From NCBI GenBank assembly GCA_036171455.1, contig JAVHRB010000091.1, positions 2,977-66,976 of the forward strand: a stretch of 64,000 bases of DNA, written 5' to 3'. How positions within the stretch are numbered: position 1 is the first letter of the stretch; every line of letters starts with the position of its first letter. The DNA comes from Patescibacteria group bacterium. GTDB taxonomy: Bacteria; Patescibacteriota; Gracilibacteria; BD1-5; UBA2023. Positions 1 through 12,365 of this stretch are shown here, in pieces. Under the pieces are notes generated by a model. It was not told the origin of the DNA and did not search any database. It saw only the letters and a program-made list of their open reading frames with translations. Both the position numbers and the translations under genes were made by a program.

Positions 1-400
1 CTCCGAAAATGCTTCAGCCTATTTCCATGACGGCCATTTCAGGCTCGTCGAAAATACGGAGAGACCTTTGGAGAATCGAGGAATCCCACAAGCCGTTCCA
101 CCTGTCGAAAAGCGCGCCTATTATAGCGAGAAGCGGCGGGAGACTGACGGAGTCCCCATTCCGTCATAACACGAATCAATCCAGCGGTATTCAAGCGACT
201 CAACACCGAGAATGCAGCCCCTTATAAAAAGCCTGGGCCTTGAATTCATTATCAAATTTGAGCGAACAGGTCGTATTAGCGAGGAATCATTCGAGATTCT
301 CCAAAACTTCCTTATTTTCCAAAAGTTCCTCGTATTTCGGAATGGAAGGATTGGATATCTTGAAATCCACACGGCTGGGATATTTCCATCATAGTGACAT
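1..400 (-). CDS. hypothetical protein (C-terminus beyond window edge)
   Basis: ATG at 400-398. Frame stays open to position 1 if the seven in-frame TGA are sense; no TAA/TAG. Same strand as hsdR and 91 nt downstream of it. No motif recognised. Confidence 0.4.
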
Positions 401-491
401 AATTTGTATAGATTAAAATAGTACCACCCTACTCAATTTCCTTTGTCGTAGCTGCACATTACCCCAGAAGTACATCTGTTCCAGTACTGAA

Positions 492-3491
492 TTACTTTCC
501 GGAGGCTTTCACCTGCCGATGTATGAACTCATACATCTTCCCGTTCACGAAATCCTTCAACTCGATGTTTTTGTCGATTTTTTGAAACAGGTCGAAATTG
601 CTCCGGAACATCGATACGAGCTCTTTCGTGAACAGTTCGTCGAATTTCACCCTCACTGCGTCCTCGCTCACGTTATTGTTCATGGCACCAACCAAGGCCT
701 CGTTTTTGAGAAGCCTGGCGCTCAGGGTATTGAGCATGATGCGGTCCTCTTCCGAGAACGTGGTCCCGAAGCGCTCGTTCACGTCCGAAAGGATTTTGGA
801 CAGCGATTCGGTGTCGTCCTCTTTTTCCCCGCGTCCGCCAGCTCCCATCGGGTCGAGCTTCCCGGTTTCGTTATCGAGAACGATTGACGTCTGCGAACGC
901 TTCGGGACTTTGATGCTCTCGAGGTTCACGAGGTCCAGGAGTTCGGTCGGAAGGGGGTTCGACGACATCGGCAACTTCTTTTTGTAAAACCTGAGGAACA
1001 TGTACATCGCTTCGAGGTCCGCGTCGGTGAAGTCGATGATTTGCGATACGAAGGCGTATTTCCGGACGTAATCGGAAATCTGGACCCGGCATTCGGCCTG
1101 TTCCTCGCTTTCGGTTTTTTCGTCTTCGTTGAGTTCTTTCCACCGCTTCATGAGGACGTCCAGGAACGAATTCAGTTCCGCCGGCGTTACCCCCCGGTGC
1201 CACATGTCCGCGAACTCGGCTATCTGCGGTTCTCCGAAAAGCTTGTGACCGAGGATGTCTCGCCGGAGGTCGTAGAGTATTCCCGGTTCGGTAGCTTCCG
1301 AAAGGACCGTGGTAGTGTAATACGGCTGGAACGCCTCCTTAATGTCCCCGGTTTCGTTCACGAAGTCCAGGACGAACGTCTCGCCCTTGTCCGGATGGGT
1401 CCGGTTGAGCCGGGAAAGCGTCTGTACCGCGTTCACACCGCCCAATTTTTTGTCCACCGCGGAAAATCCGAGGAGGGGTTGGTCAAATCAAGTCTGGTAC
1501 TTCTCTGCGACGATGAGAAATTTGCAATCGTCCTTCTTGAACTCTTCCTTGGTCTGGGATTCGGGTATGCCGTTCATGTTCGCTTCGGTGTATTCCATTC
1601 CACTGTCTTTCACCGTGCCAGAGAACGCCACGAGGGTCCTATGGGAGAGGCCCTGCTCCCGCAGGTATTTGTCGATGGCGATTTTGTACCGGACGGCATG
1701 GAGGCGGGATTTGGTAACCACCATGGCTTTCGCTTTGCCCCCGATTCCGCTTTTGACGTGCCTTTCGAAATAGTCGACGATGATTTGGGATTTCTTCCCG
1801 ATGGCGTGCTCACTCTTTTCCACGGCGTTGACCAGCACCCGGGTAGCGAGGCTCTTGGAATATTTCGGGTCGTTCTCCGCGGACTTGTGGAGGCTGAAGA
1901 ACATATCGTAGGTCGTATAGTTCTTGAGAACGTCAAGGATGAACCCCTCCTCGATGGCCTGCTTCATGGAATAGACCGAGAACGGCACGAAACTGCCGTC
2001 GGACCGCATTTGCCCGAAGAGTTCGAGGGTCTTCTGTTTCGGAGTGGCCGTGAATGCGAAATAGCTCACGTTGGGGTTTTTCCGGCTCCGGTTCTTCATC
2101 TGCTTCACGAGCCAGTCCTCCCCGTCCTCTTCGGGAAAGGCTGAGTCTGACCGGAAAGCGCGTTCGAGGACGGTCTCCTCGTCCTCCCCGCTTCCCGCCG
2201 ACAGCACGTCGTTGACCGCGCGACCGCTCTCGCCCGACTGGGAGGAATGGGCCTCATCGATAATTACGGCGAACTTCCGGCCCGGTATGGTTCCCATCTC
2301 GTCCGCGATGAACGGGAACTTCTGGAGGGTGGTAATTATGATTTTCTCGCCGTCCTGCAGGGCGGTCCTGAGTTCCGCGGAACCTTCGGTGATGGGCTTC
2401 ACCACGCCCCGGACCTGTTCGAACTGGGAAACCGTTTCCCGGAGCTGCTTGTCGAGCACCCGCCGGTCCGTAATGATGATAACGCTGTCGAACACCTTTC
2501 CGTTCGAGGCGTCGTGGAGGTCGGCGAGCCGGTGCGCCGTCCAAGCGATGGTGTTGGATTTTCCGGAGCCGGCGGAATGCTCTATGAGGTAGTTCCTTCC
2601 CGAGCCGTTTTCCTGCGCGTCGGCCACCAGCTTCCTCACCGCGTCGAGCTGGTGGTATCTGGGGAATACGAGCCGTTCCGTCTTTTCCTTCTTCCCTCCC
2701 TCGAGCGTTTTTTCCTCCTTCTGAAGGCATATGAAGCGTCCTATGAGCTCCAGAAGGGTGTCCGGCGTGAAAACGTCTTCCCACATGTAGGACGTCTTGT
2801 ATTTGCCCGCTATGGCGGAGTTACCAGCGGAGCCGTCGTTTCAGCGGTTGAACGGGAGGAAATAGGTTTTCTCCCCCTTGAGTTCGGTCGCCATGTACGC
2901 CTGTTCGGTGTCGATGGCGAAGTGGACGAGGCAGCGCTTGAAGGCGAGAAGCCGTTCCTTGGGGTCCCGGTCCGTTCGGTACTGCCGTATCCCGTGCTCG
3001 ACGGACTGCCCGGTTAGTTGGTTCTTGAGCTCCACCGTCGCGATGGGGAACCCGTTGAGGAACAGCACCATGTCGATGCTGTTCTCGTTCCTTCCGGAAT
3101 ATTTGAGCTGCCGGATAACGGAGAAAACGTTTCCGCGGTACAGTTCGAGATTCTCCGGGTTGAAATCCGTGTTCGGCTTGAAATGGGCGAACCGGAACAG
3201 GATGCCGTCCAGCGTGACGCCTTCCCTGAGGATTTCCAGGAGCCCGTACTTTTCGGTGACCCGGACGATTTCCGCGAGGAGTTTTTCCCTGGCCCGGTCG
3301 AGCCCGTGGAGCCCGATGAGCTTGTTCGACTGCTTCGGCTGGGTGGACGAAACGAAGCGCCAGAACATCTCCGGGTCCAGGCAGGTCTCCCGGTCGTAGT
3401 CCGAAGCGAGCCGCTTTAAGTAACCGGCTTGGGTCACGAGGAAATTTTCGATGAAGGCTTCGAATCCGATTTCTTTGGTATTGGTACTCAT
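492..3491 (-). CDS. hsdR: type I restriction enzyme R subunit, 999 aa
   Basis: ORF-track fragments 2841..3491, 1488..2786 and 492..1457 share one frame and are separated only by TGA (2841-2843, 1488-1490). Helicase motif I AGSGKS, motif II IIDEAHSSQ, KYQT-[TGA]-FDQPLL and VQTLSRLNR. TAA stop. Confidence 0.95.
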
Positions 3492-3500
3492 GGGAATTGG

Positions 3501-3674
3501 TTAACAGTAAAATGGAACGGGTTCTTGGGAGCAGATTTCGTAGGTGGCGATGAGCTCCGCGAGCGCAGCGACGATTTCCATGGCTTTTGGGTCGGCGGAG
3601 TGCTTCCGGAAGAATTTTCGGTCGGCACGCTGCCATTGGGCAAGCAGGGAGAGCGATTGGGGCGAGAGGTTCAT
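3501..3674 (-). CDS. small hypothetical protein, 57 aa, directly upstream of hsdR
   Basis: ATG 3674-3672 to TAA 3503-3501, below the 60-aa cut-off of the ORF track. Ends 9 nt before the hsdR start. Preceded by an AT-rich stretch at 3675-3849. Coding status unproven. Confidence 0.3.
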   Translation of the reverse strand: MNLSPQSLSLLAQWQRADRKFFRKHSADPKAMEIVAALAELIATYEICSQEPVPFYC

Positions 3675-3849
3675 AGTGGTGCGTTATTGGTTTGTAGGAT
3701 ATCGTTATTGCGGTATTGTAAACGAAATTTGATTTATAATACAGTTTTTATTATAATGATTCCAGCAGTTGGCAGAGGGTTTCCGTCAGGGAGCTCCGTC
3801 GCAAGACAAAGCCGATTGCTTTTTTGTGCCTTGGAGCGGGAACGAGCTG

Positions 3850-4605
3850 TTAGTGGGTGACATGCTTCGGCTCGATATCACAATAAAGGGTCTTGGCCGC
3901 AAACAGGGCATCCGTCCCTTCGAAGAGGCTTTTTTTGAAGAATCCGAGCGTATCCGCTTTTCCCATCCGTTTGGCGAGCACGTGGGAAGAATACACGTAC
4001 CCAATTACGTCGGAAAACTGCATCGAATAGGAATTGAAGCTTTCCGTGTAATATACGGAATCGACAAGGTGAACGATGTCTTTTTTCGCGTACCCGTAAG
4101 CGGTCCCGTTTCTCTTGTACGAATGGAAATCGTTGATAATCCCCTGCGCGCGGTCCTCGTTGTTATCCATGATTATCAAGCCCTTCTTCCCTTCGTTCTT
4201 GAGAAAGGTTTCCGCTTTTTCCACCAGGTACATGAACGCGACGTTGTGCGGGTGGATGGGATATTTATATTTTTGGGCATGTTTCAGCTTGTCGACGCCC
4301 TGCGAAATGAATCGCACGTTCTGTTCGGAAAAAACCTGGAGTATCCCTTTGAGGGCTTGTAAACGGACTTCCACCTTGAAATGCTTGAAATATCACTTTC
4401 CGGAAACCATATCCGTCGCATGGAATTCGAAATCGAAGTTTTGTGAATACGGCATGAACATGACTTCGATGGAGCGAAGCCGCTCTTCGATTTTCGGTAT
4501 TTCGTCCACGGGGATAATGAGACCGGATATGAAATGTACCGGCTGGTCGGCATCGTCCAATTTCGCTCCGGTGTTTCAGGACTCGTCTAGGTATATGAGG
4601 TACAT
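3850..4605 (-). CDS. DUF3800-family protein, 251 aa
   Basis: Fragment 3850..4374 extends in frame through TGA (4393-4395, 4576-4578) to ATG 4605-4603. N-terminus MYLIYLDESGNTG matches the DUF3800 Y-x-DESG signature. Confidence 0.8.
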
Positions 4606-4675
4606 GGCGTAAATTTAAGAATATGGGGTTTTATCTCAATCTGCAACGGGACTCGCAAATAAGGAAAGCGTATGC

Positions 4676-5953
4676 CTATTCAATCTTGGCAAAGTAATCC
4701 ATCATTTCCAGCGTTAGGTATTCAGGATTTTTCGTTTGGACCTCCCCAAGGAAAAATCGCATGCTTCAATCCGCTTGGCTGTCTCATTTGGTTTTTCTGA
4801 ATATCCTTTCCAAATCGTCGGCGTTGAGAACGTCATAGAGCACTACGAGCGTAATGAAGAAATCGTCGGAGTCGTTATAGCAATTAATCTCGAAATTATC
4901 TATCAGTTCGTTCACGAGCATCCTCTTGAGGAAAGCGTCCAAAGCTCAGAAAAATTCCTTATACCCAGGAATAGAGAGTATGTAATCCCTGTCGCGGAGT
5001 CATCTGCAGACAATCTTTCAATTTGCACCTTCTCAATACCGGATATATGGCAGTTTGGATTTCTTCGCCATGCAACGCTCAAGCCGGGTCTTCTGATATT
5101 CCAAGACGTCGTAAAGAAAATCGACTATGGTTTTGGTCGAATTGACCACCAGCTTCGCGTGATGCCTGCTCGGGGCGGTCTCGCGGGTATGGCTGTCGCT
5201 CATGGTATTCCGGACCGCGGCTATGCCGTTGACAATGGAAGTGATTCAGGAGGTGACCATTTTTAGGGCAGCGTCCGCCTTTGTGCCTTCCGACAGGTTC
5301 AACAAGGCCTTTATTTTTTTGTAATAATCCCCTAGGTCGCCGGGGGTCTCAATCTCCTTTCCCGTAATCTGCTTGTGCAAATCCTTGGCCAACACGTCTT
5401 CGAGCAGGGCTCGCGCGTTGGTAATGGCTCAGTCGTAATCTCACTCGGCAAGTTTCCTATCGCATTTTTCCAATTGCTCTTTGATGAAAGGGCGGGATAT
5501 TTTTCCGGAATTTTCGATTTCGATACGGTTTTCGTCGGTTTTTACCATCTTGAAACGCAGTTTCCTGCCCAAATTCTCCGGCATCATGGCAAAGCTGTCG
5601 TCTTTCAGGTAGTCGTTGACGAGTTCCAATAGGCCGTTTCGCTCCGTTTCGTTATCACGGACGAGGGGATGTAGCATCTCCGCGAGGAACTGGGCAAACG
5701 TTTCGTCGCTTCACTTCATCAAATCAAGCCGGGAATCGTCGAAAATCCAATGGTCAGGCCAATCGTTGTTATTGAACCTGTGCTGCCAGATATCCCCCTC
5801 CATGTCTTTGTAACGGCCATCGGTCGAAGGCAGGTCACCAAGGTTGAAAATGCGCTTCAGGAAAGAGGTCTCGTCAAGCCGTCAATGCCAGGCGATATTT
5901 TCGATGCGGAGCTCGTCGCAGATGTTCCTCCTCGTTTTTTCCGAAATCAGCAT
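4676..5953 (-). CDS. AbiJ-like protein with Abi_C (HEPN) domain, 425 aa
   Basis: ATG 5953-5951 (13 nt after the hsdS stop) to TAG 4678-4676. Includes fragment 5441..5677; eleven in-frame TGA. N-terminal AbiJ-NTD-like region (IAWH-G-RLDETSFLKRIF, DIWQH). Central helical domain with R-x6-H (AAVRNTMSDSH). Confidence 0.75.
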
Positions 5954-5966
5954 AAGCGTTTTATGG

Positions 5967-7187
5967 TTACGGTTTGATTTTCCCGCTCACCGCGTGCGAT
6001 ATGAGCGAAGTTTTGTATTCTTGGAGCAGTTCGATTGACTGTTCGATTTTAGATTTCATCGAATCGATGTAGGCGGTTTCCTTTTCGAGATAGTCGACGA
6101 TTTCCTTTTGTTCGGCAATCGGCGGTATGCCCATGGCGAGATTCCCGATAAATTCCCAATCAGCGCGAGGCATCTTGGTGCCAAGTGTCGAATTATTGAC
6201 CTGCGTGATGAAATCGGAAGATACGATTCTATAAAAAAGGTAATCCTGGGTTATCTCGCTGGAAGGACGCAGTACGAGGAACTCGCCGACGCACAATCCA
6301 CTGCATGCGGCTTTGTATGCTTTTGCGAGGTACGGGCGCAATTTTCCGAATAGAACATCCCCCTGCTCGAAAGAGTTCATATTGCTCTCGAAAGTCCTTT
6401 CCCCATCGATAGGAAGATATTTCCCTGTCCAGCTTTCGATATTTTCCATTGCCACGGAAAACAAGTCACCGGAAAATGTAGTTTTCTGGTTTGTATTCGG
6501 TGCGGCATATTTCAGCTTCTTCACTTCCCATTCTTTCGGAATCATGCCAATCCATTCAATCCCACTGTCTTTCATCTCTACATTCGGGTCTAACCCCTTG
6601 GTAATGGCGTTATTTATGAGTGCACTTCTGTGCTCCGAGAGAAGGTCGATTTGTTGCCTCTTTTTCGCAATTGACTCGTCCAGTAGAGCAGCTTTTTCGT
6701 CGAGATATGTAACAATCACAATTTGCTCTTCTAATTCTGGCGTCGGGAAAGAGATATTTGCTAGTATTCACTGGGTCATGCTCGGTATTGCCGACCCCGA
6801 CTGATGTTCACTGAAGTTAATTCCGAGACATAGGTAATAGAAAAATTTCGGATAAGTATTGCCGAATATCTTCGTGTAGAACATCGTGTCTACCGTCCAG
6901 AATGGTTCGGTAACGAAAAGCGGTTTGTCTATGGTCCCCTTCCTTCAAAGTAAAACCGAAGGTTTGTTGTAAACGAAAGCGTTTGCCCTCGCGAATTCGC
7001 CGCCCGAACCATAAACAGGATATTCGCCATCTTCGGCTTCGATATCCTTGTAATCGCTCCCATTGCACACCGAGGCCATGTATTTCAGTTTCTTAACTTC
7101 CCAACCATCGGGAATATTCCCAATCGCATTCGTGTTTGACGGCTTGTATTTCGGGTAACGGGGATGACATTTTTTAAACGTTATCAT
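5967..7187 (-). CDS. hsdS: type I R-M specificity subunit, 406 aa
   Basis: Fragments 6945..7316 and 5967..6719 are in one frame, joined across TGA 6945-6947 and 6768-6770. Start taken at ATG 7187-7185 (MITFKK). Two target-recognition halves, each followed by the conserved helix (PELEEQIVIVTYLDEK; IPPIAEQKEIVDYLEKE). Confidence 0.9.
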
Positions 7188-7312
7188 TGAATGTAAGAAA
7201 AAGTGCAGAAAACCAGAATCACATACGACAGCGTGAGGATTATCGGCCAGCCCCATGACGCGACCAGCTCGCCGCAGGCCTTTATCCATGCGGCTTTCGA
7301 TTGGAAAAAGGT

Positions 7313-8218
7313 TCACGAGCGTATGTCCATGGCGAGACGGATGAGCCGCCTCATGTTCTTGTGTTCCTTTTCCGTTGCCGGCTTGTCCTTTTTCCCCGAT
7401 ATTATTTTGAACGATTCGAGCAGGTGGGTAAGGTATTCGTCGTCGATACGCTCGGGGTTTTGAATCGGTTCGGCAATCGATGCCAGGAAATCCTTGAGGA
7501 AAGCCCGTTTCTGTTGCTGGTAGGCGTTCCTAGCGAACACCCAGGCGAACACGAGTACGACGTACAGGAAAAACGACGCTACGCCGAAATAAAAGCCCGA
7601 ATGGGGAATGCTCGCTATGAAACCGGGAATATCCTTATTGGGAGCCGCAACGGTAACGATGAGGGTTATTGAAACGCAGAGCAATACCACGGAATTGAAC
7701 GTGACGTCGTAGTTACGGTTGGTATACGTGTCCATTTCGTCGGAAAGCTCCCGCACGTACGGCCCGTAGAGCTTTTCCAGGGAGAATCCCGGTATGAAAG
7801 CGCTCCATTCGGCTGCGGTACGGAGTATTTCCACGATTTGCGACCGTCGCTTCGGGGAATCCAACAGGAATTCGCAAAACTCCACGCTCAGGAGCTTCGT
7901 GGCAATAAGTCAGGCATCTTTGACTGCTGACAGGAATTCCAGCTGGGAAACGTCCTTTTTCTTTAGCTTCGAAACGATGTCGGCAAGTTTTTCCCCTTGA
8001 CCCGAATATTTTTCGGTCTTGGTCTCCCTCGTGAAATCAAGAAGGATTTCAATCCCGTTCCTGATTGGGGAAATATCTACATTTTTGATTTTCGGTCATT
8101 CTTGCGACCTTGCCTGCGATACCGCTTGCTTCCTGAAAAGTCGGAACAGGTAAACCGCAACCCTCGATTCGTCGAGCTCGTTTCGTACTACCGGTCGGAA
8201 ATTTGATTGGTCTGCCAT
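7313..8218 (-). CDS. hypothetical 2-TM protein, 301 aa
   Basis: Fragment 7313..7885 extends through TGA 7910-7912 and 8096-8098 to ATG 8218-8216 (12 nt after the DUF262 gene stop). Two hydrophobic helices (FNSVVLLCVSITLIVTVAA; GFYFGVASFFLYVVLVFAWVFA). No domain recognised. Confidence 0.65.
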
Positions 8219-8230
8219 GGTGCCGTTATG

Positions 8231-10111
8231 TTATTCGACGTTGAAAATGGAGTCGTTCCAAATCCTTTCGCAAATCACCCGGACCAGTTCCGCTCTGGCG
8301 CGTATGGCGACCTTCCCATACGAACCGTAAGCCGTAAAGGCTAAATCCTCGGTATCGATAAGCTGCAGGAAAGCAGGATGCTTCTCATAACACTGGGAAT
8401 TGAGCGACCAAGCGAGGAGGTTCTGAGAGAGGTAGTGGCTAACTTTCGTCTCGTACGGGGCATCGCTGAAGCTCTGGTTATACCCCCGAGGGAGCAGCAG
8501 GAGGTCGCCCACGTTGTTCCTCCACTCCTGAAAGTCATGCTCGTCTTCGTATTCCGTCGCGTACCGCTCGTATTTGTCGGCGGTTATGTGCTCAATTTCA
8601 TACGGCTTTTTTATAGACAGTGACAAATACTGTTCCACGCTGCTCGGAATACCGGTTTTCTCTTCGATGTAATGGGTAATCCGGGCCAGGAGGAATTTCA
8701 TGGTATTGTAGTTCCTCCTTCCGTCCGAGAGCTTATATTGGATGATTCCGGTGAAATCCTCTCACATCTCGGCGATAAATTCCCGACACGCATCGGAAAG
8801 CTCCTCCAACGAGCAGTCCCGGACCCGTTTGGTGAGATTGAACATGGTATAGCTAATGGCGCTGCTTCAAAGGGAGCGGTTGTTCGTAAGGCGGAGCATG
8901 ATGAACATTTCCAGGAATTCGGAGATGAGCTTCAGCTTCTTATCGACGGTATCTTCATCATCCCCGTACTTTACCGCGGAAAGCATGATGACGTCCTGAT
9001 ACGGGAACGTATGGTAGTCGTTGTAGAACACGGACGGGTATTTTGTGTCGAGTACCGATTTCGCCCTTTGGATTTTCAGGTAGAGTCCCGAATAGAATCG
9101 GAACTGCTCGTCGATGAAGCGGAAATAGTCGTCGCTTCTCGCGAATCAGATATCGCTTTCCCCATTCTCTCTTACCCACTTGTGAAAAGCGGTCCCTATT
9201 CGTTCGTAGTCCTGGTTCATCGAACCTTGTTGCCGTTGGCGCAAGGTTTTCGCGTATTTAGCCCTGAGCCACTTCTTAAAAAATTCCTCGTCTTCCCTTT
9301 TCTCGATGGAAATGAGCTTTACTATTCGTTCCTTCCATAGGTCGTTCGCGGCTGCCCTTTTCTGTTCATCCCGTATGTTCGCCAACAGGTACCCCTTGAG
9401 CATGTCGGTCGCCGTCAGGCTTAGTCCACGGTCGTTCATAGTTTCGAATATGGTGTACGCGTCGTCGTCCGAATGGGTGGTAATCTCCACCATGTCGACG
9501 TTGCCGGTGAGCCAATCAACGAAAAACGGCAATATTTCTCACTTTTCTCAAATCAGGCTGTCCGGGAAGTTCTCGGCTATGTCATGGTACCGGTCGAGGA
9601 TGTTCGTTATCGATTGCGGCGCGTCGTCCGGCAAAACGACTTCCTCTTTTCCGGAAAACAGGCTTTCGATTACCGATTGCCGCTCCGGCGCGTCGATATT
9701 GAAAGATTTTTCGCCGTAGGCCTCCGAATATATCAGGGATTCTAGCGGGGTTATCGCGATGTCTCTTTTCGTGGCCAAATTCCTCAGGTAAATCAACAGG
9801 AGGGTTATCGAGGTAAGGCGTTGCTGGCCGTCTATGATGAATTTCTTGCCGTCTTTCACGCACACGATGAAAGAGCCGAGAAAATAGTGGGGGTAACTCT
9901 TGACGTGCGGGCGTCCGCGTTCGATGTCGACGACGTTCTCGAATTTTCCGGACAGGTCGCTCAGAAGGGCTTCTATGTCCACGGCACGCCACTTGTATTC
10001 CCGCTGGTAGAAGTCGATTCCGAACTTCTCGCCGGAGAGGATTTTCTTAATGGACAATGCACTGCCATCGATTGGCAGTACGCCGCCGTCCGTTCTGTTC
10101 GTTTCTCCCAT
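8231..10111 (-). CDS. DUF262 + DUF1524 (GmrSD-like) nuclease, 626 aa
   Basis: Fragments 9548..10111, 9146..9532 and 8231..8701 are in one frame, and the 8702-9145 gap is open apart from TGA. DUF262 motif IIDGQQRLTS. C-terminal His-Me/HNH-like region YEIEHITADK ... NVGDLLLLPRGYNQS. Confidence 0.9.
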
Positions 10112-10128
10112 ATGTGTGTTTGGTAAAA

Positions 10129-12261
10129 TTACAACCGCTTCATCAGTTCGAGGAGTTCGTTCTCCACCGTTTCGATATCCGTCTCTATCGCTTCCAGGCT
10201 CCGCGGCGGTTCGTATTGGTAGAAATACCGGGTAAGCGGGAACTCATAGCCGACCTTCCCAACCTTCCCGTCTTTCGCGTCGCGCTTCATCTCGTCTATC
10301 CAAGCGTCCGGCACGAACGGTTTAACTTCCCGCTCGAAGTACGCGTTCACGTCTTCGTGATACGGGACGTTCTCGGTATCGCGGAGTTCGGAATCGGGTT
10401 CCGGGTTTCATTTCCCGTCGACGCATATGTCCGCCGATTCGTCCCGTTTTCACAGGTACGCCAAGAGTCGGTTTTTCATCGGTTTTCCATAAATGGTTCC
10501 AAGCATGCTCAGCGTAAGCGCATCGAACGTTTTTTCGAATTCGCCACGGTTCAAAAACACCTTTCATTCCAATTTTCATGCAATCCGGGTCAACGCCTCG
10601 TTCATTGCTATCGCAGCATGTCGCTCCATTACAAATTTCGTAGACATCGATTCAAGAACCGTTCACTTGCATTCTATTTCCTGATTCATCGCTAACCGAA
10701 GGTCGTTTTCCAATTCACTCGAAGCGCGGATACCGAGTCCGCTGAACAACAGAGCCTTGCCTTCTTCGCTGCTGAAATCGTATTTCAGCCTCAGCGGACG
10801 CTCTATAGTGATTTGCCGGTAGGCGAAGTCGGTCGTCTTGAAAATCTTGGAACAGTCGCTATCGCGGAAACCGCGGTACAGCGACAAAATGGTTTCGATG
10901 TCATTCCCGCCAATCTCGTGCCGCTTGTTTCCGAGGCTCTTCCGCATCTTCACGAAGGACTTACGGGCGTCGATGAGCTGGACGGTATTTTTCCGCTCCT
11001 CGGTTTTCCGGTTCGAGAGAATCCAGATATAGGTCGAAATCCCCGTATTGTAGAACAGCTGGTCTGGCAGGGCGATGATGGCTTCCAAATAATCGTTCTC
11101 GCATACCCACCGGCGTATCTCGCTCTCGCCGTCGCCCGCGTCCCCGGTGAACAGGGGAGAGCCGTTGAAGACGATTCCGATACGCGCTCCCCCCTCCTCC
11201 CGGTCGCGCATCTTGGAAACCATGTGCTGGAGGAACAGGAGCTGTCCGTCGGAACTCCGCGGCAACCCAGCTCAGAAACGCCCGGCATAGCCCCGCTCCG
11301 CTTCCGCTTCCACGGCTTCCTTGTCCTTCTTCCAATCCACTCAATAAGGGGGATTGGCAAGGATATAATCGAACTTGAGGTCAAGGAATTGGTCGGTCGA
11401 AAGCGTGCTGGCCACCGTGTGGTCTTTGTCTCCGCCCTTGATACGGTCTGCGTCTTCTCCCTTCATCAGCATGTCGGCCTTACAGATGGCATAGGTGACG
11501 GGGTTGAGTTCCTGTCCGTAGACGAATATGCTGGCCTTAGGGTTGATGTCCGAAAGTATGTGTTCCTTTCCTGCGGACAGCATACCGCCAGTTCACGCAC
11601 AACAGTCGTACATGGTCTTTATAACGTGTTCCCGCTTGAGCTCCTTGGCATCGGGCTCGAAAAGGACTTCCACTATGAGTTGGATTACTTCCCTCGGGGT
11701 GTAATGTTCCCCGGCGGTCTCGTTGGACTGCTCGGAAAACCGGCGGATGAGTTCCTCGAACACGTACCCCATCTCGTGGTTGGACACGGCGTCGGGATGG
11801 AGGTTTACCTTGTTGAACTCCTTGATTATGAGATAAAGCATGTTTCCGCCTTCCATCCGGGCGAGCTGTTTCTCGAATTCGAACTTCTCGAAAATCTGTT
11901 TCACGTTGTCGGAAAAACCGCCGATGAGGTTCCTGAGGTTCTTCGCCATGTCGCGCTGGTCGTCCAGGAGCTTGTGGAAATCGTAGGGCGAAACGTTGTA
12001 GAACCCGGTTCCGGCGATATCCTTGAGTATCATGCCCATGTCGGAAATCTGGCCGTCGTACTGGTTGAACGTGGAAAGTACTTCCTCCTTGGTGTCGGAA
12101 AGGACGCTGTCGAGGCGTTTCAGGAGCGTGAGCGGTAGGATTACGTCCTGGTATTCGTGCTGTTTCCAGCTTCAGCGGAGGAGTTCGGCGATGTTCCAAA
12201 TAAGCCCTGCTTTGGAAGCGGAGCCGGTATTGGTCGATGGGGTATTTTCTTTTGGTGCCAT
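10129..12261 (-). CDS. hsdM: type I R-M N6-adenine DNA methyltransferase subunit, 710 aa
   Basis: Fragments 11593..12039, 11341..11583, 10663..11265 and 10129..10350 are all in one frame. ATG 12261-12259. N-terminal LIWNIAELLR-[TGA]-SWKQHEYQDVILPLTLLKRLD, motif I DCCA-[TGA]-TGGML, motif IV NPPY-[TGA], C-terminal YFEREVKPFVPDAWID. Confidence 0.95.
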
Positions 12262-12365
12262 ACGGAGCGGGTTTGTTATCTAAACGAGCGAAGTATACGC
12301 GAAGGCAGGGGGAAATCAACATGGGCAGGCTTATTGTTCCGTCAGGGGTATTTCCAGATGCCAGA

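Noticed and set aside
10813-12138. 441-aa plus-strand ORF, and similar ones at 1041..2144, 2247..3017 and 24070..25227.
   Set aside because: They are antisense to well-supported genes (hsdM, hsdR, the lipoprotein gene). Their composition is that of shadow ORFs.
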